DNA of 38,740 nucleotides from a virus (IMGVR_UViG_3300031460_000089:1-38740); one strand, 5' to 3'; shown: positions 1 to 8,405, counted from the stretch's first letter. Notes: generated by a model not told the origin, from the letters alone. Numbers and translations are program-made.

Positions 1-324
1 TTACCGGCCAGTAGCTTCACGGACCGCAGAGCGCCGCGAATCGCGACCCTGACCTCCGCCGGGACCCTCGTCTCCGGCGGAGGCTTCACCTGTCTTCAGC
101 CACTCATACGACACTCCGGTGGTCAGCGACCACGCCAGCAGCGCCGGCCGCTTCGGGTCACCTGAGCCGCCCTCGTAGGCGCTGATCGACCGACGTGAAA
201 TTCCGGTCGCCTCAGCTAGTTCCTGCTGGCTCAAGGCTGCGTTCTCTCGCGCTTTGCGCAGTCGATCGGCCAGCGTCCAGGACGGCACTCTTCCGGCCTG
301 AAGGCCGTCACGCGCGGTAGTCAT
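1..324 (-). CDS. XRE-family HTH immunity repressor, prophage (truncated) form, 107 aa
   Basis: LADRLRKARENAALSQQELAEATGISRRSISAYEGG is an XRE HTH; divergent from a Cro/Xis-like gene. ATG at 324 preferred because of a leaderless-type promoter upstream. Confidence 0.92.
   Translation of the reverse strand: MTTARDGLQAGRVPSWTLADRLRKARENAALSQQELAEATGISRRSISAYEGGSGDPKRPALLAWSLTTGVSYEWLKTGEASAGDEGPGGGQGRDSRRSAVREATGR
2..15 (+). repeat. Putative attL core TACCGGCCAGTAGC, inside the repressor 3' end
   Basis: Identical to 38642-38655; contains TAC-N6-GTA symmetry; overlaps the last repressor codons. Confidence 0.85.
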
Positions 325-423
325 AAGGGCAATGGTGCACTCCTGCGCCAACCTGCGCAAGCGATCAAGAAAACATTCATGCGCACTCTTGCGTCACACT
401 GCCGTACGTGCAAGACTGCTCAT
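325..423. promoter_or_regulatory. Divergent promoter/operator region of the genetic switch
   Basis: Minus strand: TTGCGC-N17-CACCAT-N7-ATG(324). Plus strand: TTGCGT(389)-N17-AAGACT(412), with TGN extension, -N6-ATG(424). TGCGCA palindromes at 354, 380 and 425. Confidence 0.65.
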
Positions 424-627
424 ATGCGCACAATCGCCGATCTGCTCACAACCGCTCAGGTGGCAGAGCGCTACAACGCTAGCGTCGCCACCGTCAACAA
501 GTGGGCTGCCTCCGGGAAACTCCCGGTCGCGCTCACCGTGCCCGGAGGTCGTCTCTACGACCCCGACGAAGTTGCCCGCTTCATGTCCACCCAGACCCGG
601 CTCATCCGTGTGGCAGGTGCGGCGTGA
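424..627 (+). CDS. Cro/excisionase-like HTH DNA-binding protein, 67 aa
   Basis: LLTTAQVAERYNASVATVNKWAASGKLP...GGRLYD resembles MerR/HTH_17 Xis-type proteins; first rightward early gene; ends in AA. Confidence 0.85.
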   Translation: MRTIADLLTTAQVAERYNASVATVNKWAASGKLPVALTVPGGRLYDPDEVARFMSTQTRLIRVAGAA

Positions 628-1046
628 GGACCGCAGGCCTGCCGCTGAACATGCAAGCAAAGATCCTGCTCACCACCGATGGCTGCTGGTACTGGACGGG
701 TGCCGTGACGTCCAAGGGCTACGGATCGGTTGCGGCCGGCGGCAAGGTCGTTAGCACCCACCGCCGCGCCTACGAGTTGCTTGTCGGCCCGATTCCAGAC
801 GGCCTGCAGATCGACCATCTCTGCGAGAACAAGCGGTGCTGTAATCCGGCCCACCTCGAAGCGGTCACCGGCCTGGTCAACATGTCCCGGACTGCCCAGG
901 CGCGGAAGACGCACTGCATCAACGGGCATCCGTTGTCCGGCACCAACCTACTGATCAAGCCGCGTGCCAACGGCAAGGTAATCCGCAACTGCCGGACCTG
1001 CCGCGACGACCAGCGCAATGCCTCACGCCAGAAGCTCGCGTCGTGA
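624..1046 (+). CDS. HNH endonuclease with C-terminal Zn-binding motif
   Basis: CWYWTG...GYG...HRRAYE...IDHLC...CCNPAHLE followed by HCINGH...CRTC; GTGA overlap with the upstream gene. Confidence 0.9.
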   Translation: MRTAGLPLNMQAKILLTTDGCWYWTGAVTSKGYGSVAAGGKVVSTHRRAYELLVGPIPDGLQIDHLCENKRCCNPAHLEAVTGLVNMSRTAQARKTHCINGHPLSGTNLLIKPRANGKVIRNCRTCRDDQRNASRQKLAS

Positions 1047-1085
1047 TCGCTACCCCGGCCCGCAAAGCCTCCTGAAACGGCGAAC

Positions 1086-1108
1086 CGCCCCTGCTGTGAA
1101 CAGGGGCG
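1086..1108. terminator. GC-rich hairpin in the early intergenic region
   Basis: CGCCCCTG-N7-CAGGGGCG; a weak U-rich tail is present only on the minus strand. Confidence 0.4.
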
Positions 1109-1142
1109 CCGCAATCACCAACAACCAGAACGGAGCTTACCA

Positions 1143-1595
1143 ATGATCCCCACCAACGACCGGAGGTTCCCACCATGCTTACCTCAGTCCTCACCGCCTG
1201 CGGAATTTTCCTCTTCGGATGCCTCGGCATCGGAGAGCTCGCAGAGTGGTGTCTCCGACGCGCTGAAAGACGCCGAGAGCTATCGAAGAAGCGCCATCCG
1301 TCTTACCCGCGCGCAGCGGAACGTCGTCACGCTGGCGAACGCATTCAATAAGCAGAAGGACGACTTCGGCGTCGACCGGCTCCTCGCCGTCATCGACGCC
1401 ACCGCCGACCAGGCAGCGCACACCGAGCGGTTGCAGACCCTCGTGGACCTGCTGATGGCCGAGTGGCACGCCTCCAACAGCTACATCCGCGGCGAGTTCC
1501 CCAACGTCGGAGGCCCGGCGTGGCAGGCACGCGCTGACGCATCCGCAGCCGTCGCGCTCGGCCTCGTCGCGTACCGAACGGAGATGCAGGCATGA
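1143..1595 (+). CDS. Hypothetical protein, 150 aa
   Basis: GGAG RBS upstream, GC-rich third codon positions, ATGA overlap with the next gene. Confidence 0.65.
   Translation: MIPTNDRRFPPCLPQSSPPAEFSSSDASASESSQSGVSDALKDAESYRRSAIRLTRAQRNVVTLANAFNKQKDDFGVDRLLAVIDATADQAAHTERLQTLVDLLMAEWHASNSYIRGEFPNVGGPAWQARADASAAVALGLVAYRTEMQA
1175..1351 (+). CDS. Possible nested small membrane protein, 58 aa
   Basis: GGAGG RBS at 1162-1166; hydrophobic N-terminus MLTSVLTACGIFLFGCLGIG and basic tail; out of frame inside 1143-1595. Confidence 0.4.
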   Translation: MLTSVLTACGIFLFGCLGIGELAEWCLRRAERRRELSKKRHPSYPRAAERRHAGERIQ

Positions 1596-1999
1596 CCGCC
1601 ACTGAACCGGCAACGATGCCAGAGCTATTGCGGGCCGTTGCTGACCTGCTCGAAGCGCACCCGGACCTGCCGGTGCCGCAGGCCTCCGACGATGGTGTCC
1701 GTTGGTTCACAGCGCGCACTCCGACCGAAATCGCAAAGGTAATGCGAGCAGTGCAGGGGCCATGGGCGAAGAACGACCCGAATGCATCCGACTACGACCG
1801 AGGCTCCGCGACGTTCACCACCACGCTACTCGGCCACCCCTTCACCATTTACGTTGATCGCGGGAGTGTCTGCACACGCACGGTTGTCGGTACCCGTGAG
1901 GTCGTCAAGACCATCCCAGTGGCCACCGAAGAGGTCACCGTTACCGAAGACATCATCGAGTGGGAATGCCATTCCGTGCTCACCCAGGCGGGTGCCTGA
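1592..1999 (+). CDS. Hypothetical phage protein, 135 aa
   Basis: Start/stop overlaps with both neighbours; typical codon bias. Confidence 0.8.
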   Translation: MTATEPATMPELLRAVADLLEAHPDLPVPQASDDGVRWFTARTPTEIAKVMRAVQGPWAKNDPNASDYDRGSATFTTTLLGHPFTIYVDRGSVCTRTVVGTREVVKTIPVATEEVTVTEDIIEWECHSVLTQAGA

Positions 2000-2178
2000 T
2001 GGACCACGACCACGAGCCGACCCGCGCCATGGACCTCGACGAACGCTGCTCCGGACTCCGCGGCCAGCAGCACAACCCACAAGACCCCGGCTGCCGCGTC
2101 GCCTCCATCTTCGCAGACGGCAAAGGCTGGAACCGCTGCCACATCTGCCACCCCCAACCAGTTGGAGCAGTTGCATGA
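1999..2178 (+). CDS. Small Cys/His-rich hypothetical protein, 59 aa
   Basis: TGATG and ATGA overlaps; CHICH motif. Confidence 0.65.
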   Translation: MDHDHEPTRAMDLDERCSGLRGQQHNPQDPGCRVASIFADGKGWNRCHICHPQPVGAVA

Positions 2179-3110
2179 CCAGCCGCGAAGTGCTGCCCCC
2201 CAACGCTCCCCGTGACGTGTGGCTCGCCGCCCGCCGCAACGGCATCGGCGGGTCCGACGTGTCCGCCATCCTCGGTATGTCCCGCTGGTCCTCTGCCCGC
2301 TCAGTGTGGCTAGAGAAGCTCGGCGCACCAGAGCAGCCCGCGTCGTGGCCCATGATCCGCGGCAACCACCTCGAACCCGCACTGCGGGACTGGTACACCG
2401 CAGAGACCGGTGTGCCAGTCGTCCAGGTTGGCCTGCAGCAGCACGTCGATGAGCCGTGGATGCAGTACAGCCCAGACGGCTTCATCGGCCAGTTCGGGCT
2501 ATTCGAGGGCAAGACGACCAGCTTCTTCATGCGCGACGAATGGGACGAGGAGCAGGTCGCCGACCACGCCGAACTGCAGGTGCAATGGGGCCTGCTGGTG
2601 ACCGGCCGGCTGTGGGCTGACGTCGTCGTCGCAATCTCCGACGACGACCCCGTCATCCGCCGCGTCTACCCCGACAAAGGCCTGCAGTCGTCGATCCGTG
2701 AGGCGTGCCAACAGTTCTGGAACGTCAACGTCGCCGGCCGGGTCGAGCCGCCGGTCACCTGGGTCGACGCCGACGCCATCAAAAAGAAATACCCGACCGT
2801 CGAGAAGACGGTCCACGTCGGCGACTCCGACCTGGACGAGGCGACGAAAACCTACCAGCACGCCGCGCAGGTGGTGAAGGACTACACCCAGATCAAGGAC
2901 ACCGCCGCGACTGTCATACGCAACGCCATGAAAACCGCCGACCACCTGGTGATCAACGGCGAGACCGCCGCCACCTGGAAGCAACAGAGCGCCCGCGTCG
3001 TCGACATGGAAGCGCTCGCAGCTGATGTCGACATCGAGCAGTACCGCAAGGACCGCACCAGCCGGGTCCTGCGCATCCCGAAAGCCCGCAAAGAATTCAA
3101 GGAGAACTGA
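2175..3110 (+). CDS. YqaJ-like (lambda-exo/RecE-type) recombination exonuclease
   Basis: WLAARRNGIGGSD, RGNHLEP, SPDG...EGKT and QVQW motifs; directly upstream of RecT. Confidence 0.93.
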   Translation: MTSREVLPPNAPRDVWLAARRNGIGGSDVSAILGMSRWSSARSVWLEKLGAPEQPASWPMIRGNHLEPALRDWYTAETGVPVVQVGLQQHVDEPWMQYSPDGFIGQFGLFEGKTTSFFMRDEWDEEQVADHAELQVQWGLLVTGRLWADVVVAISDDDPVIRRVYPDKGLQSSIREACQQFWNVNVAGRVEPPVTWVDADAIKKKYPTVEKTVHVGDSDLDEATKTYQHAAQVVKDYTQIKDTAATVIRNAMKTADHLVINGETAATWKQQSARVVDMEALAADVDIEQYRKDRTSRVLRIPKARKEFKEN

Positions 3111-3970
3111 TGGGCACCAACCTCACCGCCAGAGCAGCAGGCGCAGTGGCACAGCAGCAGAACGACGGCAAGCCGACCCTGGTCCAGTTGATCGAGCAGA
3201 TGAAGCCGCAGATCCAGCGGGCCCTACCGAAGCACATGGACGCCGACAAACTCGCGCGGATCGCCCTCACCGTGCTGAGGCAGACCCCGAAACTTGCGCA
3301 GTGCTCGGCTGAGTCGTTCCTCGGCTCGCTCCTCACCTGCGCGCAGCTCGGATTGGAACCGGGACCGCTCGGTGAGGCATACCTGGTGCCTTTCGGCAAT
3401 GTGTGCACGTTCATACCTGGATACAAAGGCCTTTTGAAATTGGCTTGGCAGTCGAATCAAATGCGCACCTTCCAGGCGCATGTGGTCCGGGACGGTGACA
3501 TGTTCGATTACGAATTTGGACTGGAGCCGTTTCTGCGTCACAAGCCCACCCGTGAGACACCCGGCAAACCGACCGACATCTATGCGGCGGCGACGTTCCT
3601 GAACGGTGGATCTGCGTTCGAGGTCCTGTCGGTGCCCGACGTCGAGCTGATCCGGAAGCGATCGAAGACACCGAACGCTGGCCCTTGGGTGAGCGACTGG
3701 AATGAGATGGCGAAGAAGTCGGTCATCAAACGGCTGGTCAAGCTGCTGCCGCTGTCCACCGAGTTGCAGCAACTACAGCGGGCGGTGCAGCTCGACGGGT
3801 CCAGCCGTGTCGACCTCGCACCGATCACTGAAGCCGCCGTCGATTACGTCGACACTGACGATGCTGCGATCGAACCTGGGTCACCCGCGCCGGCCACGAC
3901 GGACGAGCCGTATGACGCTGAGGCTGAGGCCGCCGCGATGTGGGACGCCACGAACGAGCCGCCAGCATGA
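3110..3970 (+). CDS. recT: RecT single-strand annealing protein
   Basis: ALPKHMDADKLARIALT...CAQLGLEPGPLGEAYLVPF...GYKGL...GPWVSDWNEMAKKSVIKRLVKLLPLS; acidic tail. Confidence 0.95.
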   Translation: MGTNLTARAAGAVAQQQNDGKPTLVQLIEQMKPQIQRALPKHMDADKLARIALTVLRQTPKLAQCSAESFLGSLLTCAQLGLEPGPLGEAYLVPFGNVCTFIPGYKGLLKLAWQSNQMRTFQAHVVRDGDMFDYEFGLEPFLRHKPTRETPGKPTDIYAAATFLNGGSAFEVLSVPDVELIRKRSKTPNAGPWVSDWNEMAKKSVIKRLVKLLPLSTELQQLQRAVQLDGSSRVDLAPITEAAVDYVDTDDAAIEPGSPAPATTDEPYDAEAEAAAMWDATNEPPA

Positions 3971-4335
3971 GCGCCGAGCTTGTAGGGCCGGTCGCGACAG
4001 TGCATTTCACCGGCGGCCCGCGTGCCCGCGACCGGTTCAACTATCCACGGGTGGCTTACAGTCGGCCGCGGAATACCATAGACCCCCGGCATGACGCCTG
4101 CACCGACCATCACGTCGCATGCGACTGCCGGGAAGCGCTGTTCGCCGAGAATGAGTCGGAGGCGCGAAGCGAGTTCGGCGCCATACAGAAGGCGTTCGAG
4201 GCAATCCTCGCCGGGCATGACACCCATGGCACCGACGACGGCCGCCCGGGTTGCCTGTGCACCGGCTGTCAGATCGCGCGCCGCGCGCATATCTATGTCG
4301 GCAACGCTTACCACAGCCCAGTGGCCGACCGATGA
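3967..4335 (+). CDS. Hypothetical Cys/His-rich protein
   Basis: ATGA overlaps; CTDHHVACDC and CLCTGC motifs. Confidence 0.75.
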   Translation: MSAELVGPVATVHFTGGPRARDRFNYPRVAYSRPRNTIDPRHDACTDHHVACDCREALFAENESEARSEFGAIQKAFEAILAGHDTHGTDDGRPGCLCTGCQIARRAHIYVGNAYHSPVADR

Positions 4336-4508
4336 CCGCCGAGGCGAGCGCGCTGGGTGCGCTCATCGACGAGGCGGAAGTGGACTGGCTACGGGACGCG
4401 CTCCACGCCGTTACCGGGATCTGCGCACACCACTCCGGCGCGTTCACCAACCAAGTAATCGAAGCCCTTTTCTACGAGTTGGCCCCAATTGAAGGAGAAG
4501 ACCAGTGA
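4332..4508 (+). CDS. Hypothetical protein, 58 aa
   Basis: ATGA/GTGA coupled in the early operon. Confidence 0.65.
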   Translation: MTAEASALGALIDEAEVDWLRDALHAVTGICAHHSGAFTNQVIEALFYELAPIEGEDQ

Positions 4509-4660
4509 GCAGCTTACGGATTCGCCGTGTACGCAACCTGTTCCGGGTCGAACGGAACTTCGGTCGTGGCCAGGTGTTGGTGGTCGATCGGTTCACAACG
4601 CGACAGGCGGCAGAGAACTTGATCGCATATCTGAAAGCACATGACAGGACGGGACTGTGA
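4505..4660 (+). CDS. Hypothetical basic protein, 51 aa (not in ORF track)
   Basis: GTG after an AAGGAG RBS; MSSLRIRRVRNLFRVERNFG...DRTGL fills the gap with overlaps at both ends. Confidence 0.65.
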   Translation: MSSLRIRRVRNLFRVERNFGRGQVLVVDRFTTRQAAENLIAYLKAHDRTGL

Positions 4661-4857
4661 TGGCATCCGGCAGGGGCCTCGATGACCGCGAGCCGAAACC
4701 GAAGGCCGATTGGCAGACCGAGGCCGGCTACCCGTCGAGATGCCCCGAGTGCGGTGACTGCGACTGGCCGTGCGACGACTGCTACGACGCCGGCACCGCT
4801 TTCGACGACGACTCTTACCGCGACCTGATCATCGACGACCAGATGGGTGTCCGATGA
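4660..4857 (+). CDS. Small Zn-binding hypothetical protein
   Basis: CPECGDCDWPCDDC; coupled overlaps. Confidence 0.65.
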   Translation: MASGRGLDDREPKPKADWQTEAGYPSRCPECGDCDWPCDDCYDAGTAFDDDSYRDLIIDDQMGVR

Positions 4858-5030
4858 ACGACGACGATCCGTGTTCGCGTTGTGAGGGCTGCGGCCAAAT
4901 CGCAGACACCGACGACGGGGAGCCGTGGAGCTTCTGGCTGGACTTGCCATTGCGGTCCGCAGCAGCCGTGACGCTCGGATTGGTTAGGCCGATCGACTGC
5001 CCCTCCTGCAACGGGGTGGGGTCCCGATGA
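4854..5030 (+). CDS. Small Zn-finger protein with DnaJ-type CxxCxGxG motifs
   Basis: CSRCEGCG and CPSCNGVG; ATGA overlaps. Confidence 0.7.
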   Translation: MNDDDPCSRCEGCGQIADTDDGEPWSFWLDLPLRSAAAVTLGLVRPIDCPSCNGVGSR

Positions 5031-5221
5031 CCGCCCCCCGTGGCATTCTGCGGCTCATCCCGTCAACGTTTGAGGCGTACGCCGAGCCCGATTTCGACAT
5101 CGACCTGGGCACGTTCGACAGCGACGACCTGTGGGGCTTCCCGCCGTTCGCGTGGCGCCTCCCCGCCGCCGCGTTGGCTGTGGGCATCGCCGCCGGGTGG
5201 CTGCTACGAGGTGCCCGGTGA
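5027..5221 (+). CDS. Small protein with C-terminal transmembrane segment
   Basis: Hydrophobic LPAAALAVGIAAGWLL; coupled overlaps. Confidence 0.65.
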   Translation: MTAPRGILRLIPSTFEAYAEPDFDIDLGTFDSDDLWGFPPFAWRLPAAALAVGIAAGWLLRGAR

Positions 5222-5562
5222 CCGCCGACTACGTGATGGTCCCGTGCATCCTCTGCGGCCGGGAACGCCCCATCCTCACCGGAACCAACATCCGCGTCTG
5301 GGCCGCGTGGCGACGCCCATGCAAAGCCTGCCACGTCCAAGCCAACCTGAGGAACCTCACCAGCGCCCACCAAGACGAGGTCGACGAGGTAGCCGTCCAA
5401 CGCCTCATCTCCGGGCAGCCACCCGCCCACACCACCCGCGCGGAACGCCAACTCGCCGTCCGGCAACTCCTCACCCACCGCATGACCAACCGGGAAATCG
5501 CCGAACGTCTGCACCTCGCCCAACGCACCGTTGAACGGCTCCGCGCCCGGGCCGCGTCATGA
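5218..5562 (+). CDS. Zn-finger plus HTH DNA-binding protein
   Basis: CILC...CKAC, then MTNREIAERLHLAQRTVERLR (HTH). Confidence 0.75.
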   Translation: MTADYVMVPCILCGRERPILTGTNIRVWAAWRRPCKACHVQANLRNLTSAHQDEVDEVAVQRLISGQPPAHTTRAERQLAVRQLLTHRMTNREIAERLHLAQRTVERLRARAAS

Positions 5563-5732
5563 CCACCAAACCGAAGCTCGACCCCGCCCGCGCCGCCCTC
5601 CGCCAGGTCGAAGCGCAGCAGGTCGCCTGCCCACGCTGCCGAGCCGCTGTCGGCGTCCCCTGCCGGTCGCTCGACGGCAAGGACATCGCGTATCACCCCG
5701 AGCGGTACGCCCGGCACCGGAACGGATGGTGA
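5559..5732 (+). CDS. Small Zn-finger protein, 57 aa (not in ORF track)
   Basis: MTTKPKLDP...ACPRCRAAVGVPCRS...YHPER; ATGA overlap. Confidence 0.7.
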   Translation: MTTKPKLDPARAALRQVEAQQVACPRCRAAVGVPCRSLDGKDIAYHPERYARHRNGW

Positions 5733-5734
5733 CC

Positions 5735-6169
5735 ATGGCTGAGCTGTTCATCCCCGGCACTCCCGTCCCCCAGGGCTCCATGAAGGCGTTTGCCTACCAG
5801 CCGAAGGGCGGCGGCCGGGCCCGCGCATCGGTCACCTCCGACAACGGCAAGACGATGCCGTGGCGCTCCCAGATCGCCGCCACCGTCCGCCAGCACGTCG
5901 GCGAGCACATCGTGTGCCCCGAAGGCCCTGTGAGCCTCACGTTGCTGTTCGTGATGCCACGCCGGGCCGCCGAGCCGAAACGTGTCACACCCGCCCACAC
6001 CCGCAAGCCGGATGGGGACAAACTCACCCGTGCTGTTTGTGACGCCCTTTCCGGGCTGATCTACACCGACGACGCCCAGATCGTCGCCTGCACCTATCAA
6101 AAGCGCACTGCAGCTATTGGGGAGCAGCCCGGGCTGCACCTGCAATGGTGGTCGGCAGAGGCGTTCTGA
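5735..6169 (+). CDS. rusA: RusA-like Holliday junction resolvase
   Basis: IPGTPVPQGS and KPDGDKLTRAVCDALSGLIYTDDAQIV catalytic motif. Confidence 0.92.
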   Translation: MAELFIPGTPVPQGSMKAFAYQPKGGGRARASVTSDNGKTMPWRSQIAATVRQHVGEHIVCPEGPVSLTLLFVMPRRAAEPKRVTPAHTRKPDGDKLTRAVCDALSGLIYTDDAQIVACTYQKRTAAIGEQPGLHLQWWSAEAF

Positions 6170-6202
6170 TGACGAAATATCAACGGAGAGTGAGGATTCG
6201 CG

Positions 6203-6290
6203 TGATAGAATCGGGGCGGCCCCGGAGAGCACTGGACATGCTCAATCCGGGACCTAACTCCCCTGCTAGCACAGGAAGGAGCTGCCTGTC
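6203..6290 (+). promoter_or_regulatory. Promoter and structured leader of the HNH gene
   Basis: TGN-TAGAAT at 6203-6211; hairpin 6221-6251; second hairpin 6258-6281 pairs the GGAG RBS. Confidence 0.55.
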
Positions 6291-6908
6291 ATGGTAGCCA
6301 ACTCCGAACCAACCCGTAAGCCGATCTCCAAAAGGCTGCGATTCGAGATCCTCCGCCGGGACAACCACGCTTGTCGGTACTGCGGAGGCGTGGCGCCTGA
6401 TGTGAAGCTCACCGTGGACCACGTCCTACCCATAGCCCTTGGTGGAACCGACGATGCCAGCAACCTGGTCGCGGCCTGCGCGGACTGCAACGCAGGCAAG
6501 TCCAGCAGCAATCCCGACCAGCAGATCATCGCGCAGGTATCAGAGGACGCACGCCGATGGGCCAACGCAGTTAAGGCGTCTGCCATGGTCATCGAGCAGG
6601 AGCACGAAGCCATCCACGATTACGTCAGCGAGTTTACCGACCTTTGGGCCTCCTACGACTATGGCCACAATCGGGAATACTCAATTCCGATGGACGACAA
6701 TTGGCGAAATGCCATCGAGACTTTCTACAAACGGGGGCTACCAATCAACGTGCTTCTGTCTTCTGCGCAGATAGCCCTGGAAAATCAACGCATCGGAGCC
6801 AATGCAGCGTTCCGATACTTCATGGGCATCGCCTGGAACCGGCTCACTGACATCGAGGCACTCGCTAAGCAGGTCTACGACATCCAGATGAGCACATCCG
6901 ATGAGTGA
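6291..6908 (+). CDS. HNH endonuclease-domain protein
   Basis: RFEILRRDNHACRYCG...VDHVLP...GG...NLVAACADCNAGK; lower-GC C-terminal domain. Confidence 0.9.
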   Translation: MVANSEPTRKPISKRLRFEILRRDNHACRYCGGVAPDVKLTVDHVLPIALGGTDDASNLVAACADCNAGKSSSNPDQQIIAQVSEDARRWANAVKASAMVIEQEHEAIHDYVSEFTDLWASYDYGHNREYSIPMDDNWRNAIETFYKRGLPINVLLSSAQIALENQRIGANAAFRYFMGIAWNRLTDIEALAKQVYDIQMSTSDE

Positions 6909-7335
6909 CGGCCAGCCAAGTTCGTTCGACGATCGGATCTATATCCGGCTCGATCAGGGCATGCCCGAGAACCGCAAGATTGTCGGCCTGTCAGATTCCG
7001 CGTTCCGGCTATACATCGAGGCGATCTGTTGGTGCTCGCGTCAACGCTCGAACGGCGCCATCCCACCGGCTGCCCTGAAGAAGCTGGGACCAGCCCGAGC
7101 CGTCAAGGAGATAACCACTGGCCCCGGCGCCCTGCTGGAGTCAGACGGAGACAGCTGGTGGGTGCACGACTACCTGCAGCACAACAGGTCCTCGACCGAG
7201 ATCGACGTAATCAAGGAGGCTAAATCCGATGCTGGAAACAAAGGTGCACATGCCCGTTGGCACGTGGGGCGCCGCAAGCCGGACCCCAAGTGCGATCTGT
7301 GTTTCCCGGCTCTCAAGGTGGCGTCAGGTGGATAA
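6901..7335 (+). CDS. Putative replication initiator (replisome-organiser-like N-terminal domain)
   Basis: YIRLDQGMPENRKIVGLSDSAFRLYIEAICWCSR...WWVHDYLQHN resembles actinophage initiators (recalled, not searched); followed by origin-like DNA. Confidence 0.7.
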   Translation: MSDGQPSSFDDRIYIRLDQGMPENRKIVGLSDSAFRLYIEAICWCSRQRSNGAIPPAALKKLGPARAVKEITTGPGALLESDGDSWWVHDYLQHNRSSTEIDVIKEAKSDAGNKGAHARWHVGRRKPDPKCDLCFPALKVASGG

Positions 7336-7521
7336 CAGCCAGATGGCACATGCCATGCGCGGCGCATGCGATAGCCATTGCGTAGGCAATGGCGAATCGG
7401 TGCGATGCGATAGCAAAGACAGTTACAGTTACAACAACAGTTACAGTTACAGCTGTTTAAGAGCTAAATGCTTAACTCATCGACATAACGATACGTTAGT
7501 AACGCGAGGGCCTCGATCGAT
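7336..7521. other. Candidate replication origin
   Basis: Clustered palindromes (7343-7356, 7354-7368, 7374-7393), ATGCGATAGC twice (7366, 7405), ACAGTT-like hexamer array 7419-7454, then AT-rich DNA. Confidence 0.65.
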
Positions 7522-7899
7522 ATGACGATGACGAAATCTCAGGCGATCAACCTCACCAACTACGTCCGCGGTATTCGCCCCGAATGGGACTTCCACGGCG
7601 TCATGGCCGCCCTGCTCAAGCTCGCCGCACTCGACCCCGTCGAGGCTGGGCAGATGGCTCTTGCTGCAGCCGGCGACGCAGCTGCACGCACACCCGCCGC
7701 CATGACCAACGGCGTCTACCGGCCCGCATGGCGACCAGCGACAACCGACCAGTCCGAGTACGCCCGCCACGTCCGGGCCGAGCAGGTCGCCCACCGTGCC
7801 GTGCTAGAGCAAACCCGGCGGGACGCGTCGACCGCCGACCCACAAGGATCCCACCGCGGCTACGTCGCAGCAGTGCAAGCACTCAGGAGCGCAACATGA
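7522..7899 (+). CDS. Hypothetical protein in the replication module
   Basis: GAGG RBS, typical codon bias, ATGA overlap with the next gene. Confidence 0.75.
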   Translation: MTMTKSQAINLTNYVRGIRPEWDFHGVMAALLKLAALDPVEAGQMALAAAGDAAARTPAAMTNGVYRPAWRPATTDQSEYARHVRAEQVAHRAVLEQTRRDASTADPQGSHRGYVAAVQALRSAT

Positions 7900-8405
7900 C
7901 CCGCGCAGAAGCCACCGACCCGCGTATCGAGGCGGTCACCAGGGTGTTGTGCGGGATCGAAGGCAACGATCCGCACACGACCGATCTGGTCATCTATCGC
8001 AACATGGCTCGGTACGTCCTGAAAGCGGCCGACGAGGCTACCCATGAGGTATCGCAAGTGACCCGCCCATGGTCGCCGGCCGAGATCGCCGGGGCGAAAG
8101 CGATTCCACTTCCACTTCTCAGTTGGGCGAATTTGACGCCCGCATTCCAGAATTGGTGCCTCGGCACCGCCCGCGCCGTCCTCGACGCTGCTGGCACCGG
8201 GCTGCGCGCCGAGATCGCCGCCGAGCCAACCCCGGACTGCGCGAACTGCGGCCACCAGAGGGACCGCCACGGCAAGAGGGAAGTCACGTTCGGAGGGACC
8301 CGGCTCGAAGAGTTCTGCATTCACGGGTACCTCACCGATGTCCAATGTGAATGCACGGCCTATTCCGTGCAGGTCCGTGGCGCCGGGGCAGGTGAGCAGG
8401 AATGA
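7896..8405 (+). CDS. Hypothetical protein with C-terminal Cys/His motif
   Basis: AGGAG RBS; CANCGH...H...C...CEC. Confidence 0.7.
   Translation: MTRAEATDPRIEAVTRVLCGIEGNDPHTTDLVIYRNMARYVLKAADEATHEVSQVTRPWSPAEIAGAKAIPLPLLSWANLTPAFQNWCLGTARAVLDAAGTGLRAEIAAEPTPDCANCGHQRDRHGKREVTFGGTRLEEFCIHGYLTDVQCECTAYSVQVRGAGAGEQE

Noticed and set aside
7419-7454. ACAGTT repeats as a CRISPR array
   Set aside because: Hexamer tandem with no spacers and no cas genes; better explained as part of an origin.
7229-7525. ORF spanning the origin-like region (...SYSYNNSYSYS...)
   Set aside because: Atypical codon use dictated by DNA repeats; a GTG start at 7328 cannot be excluded but is unsupported.
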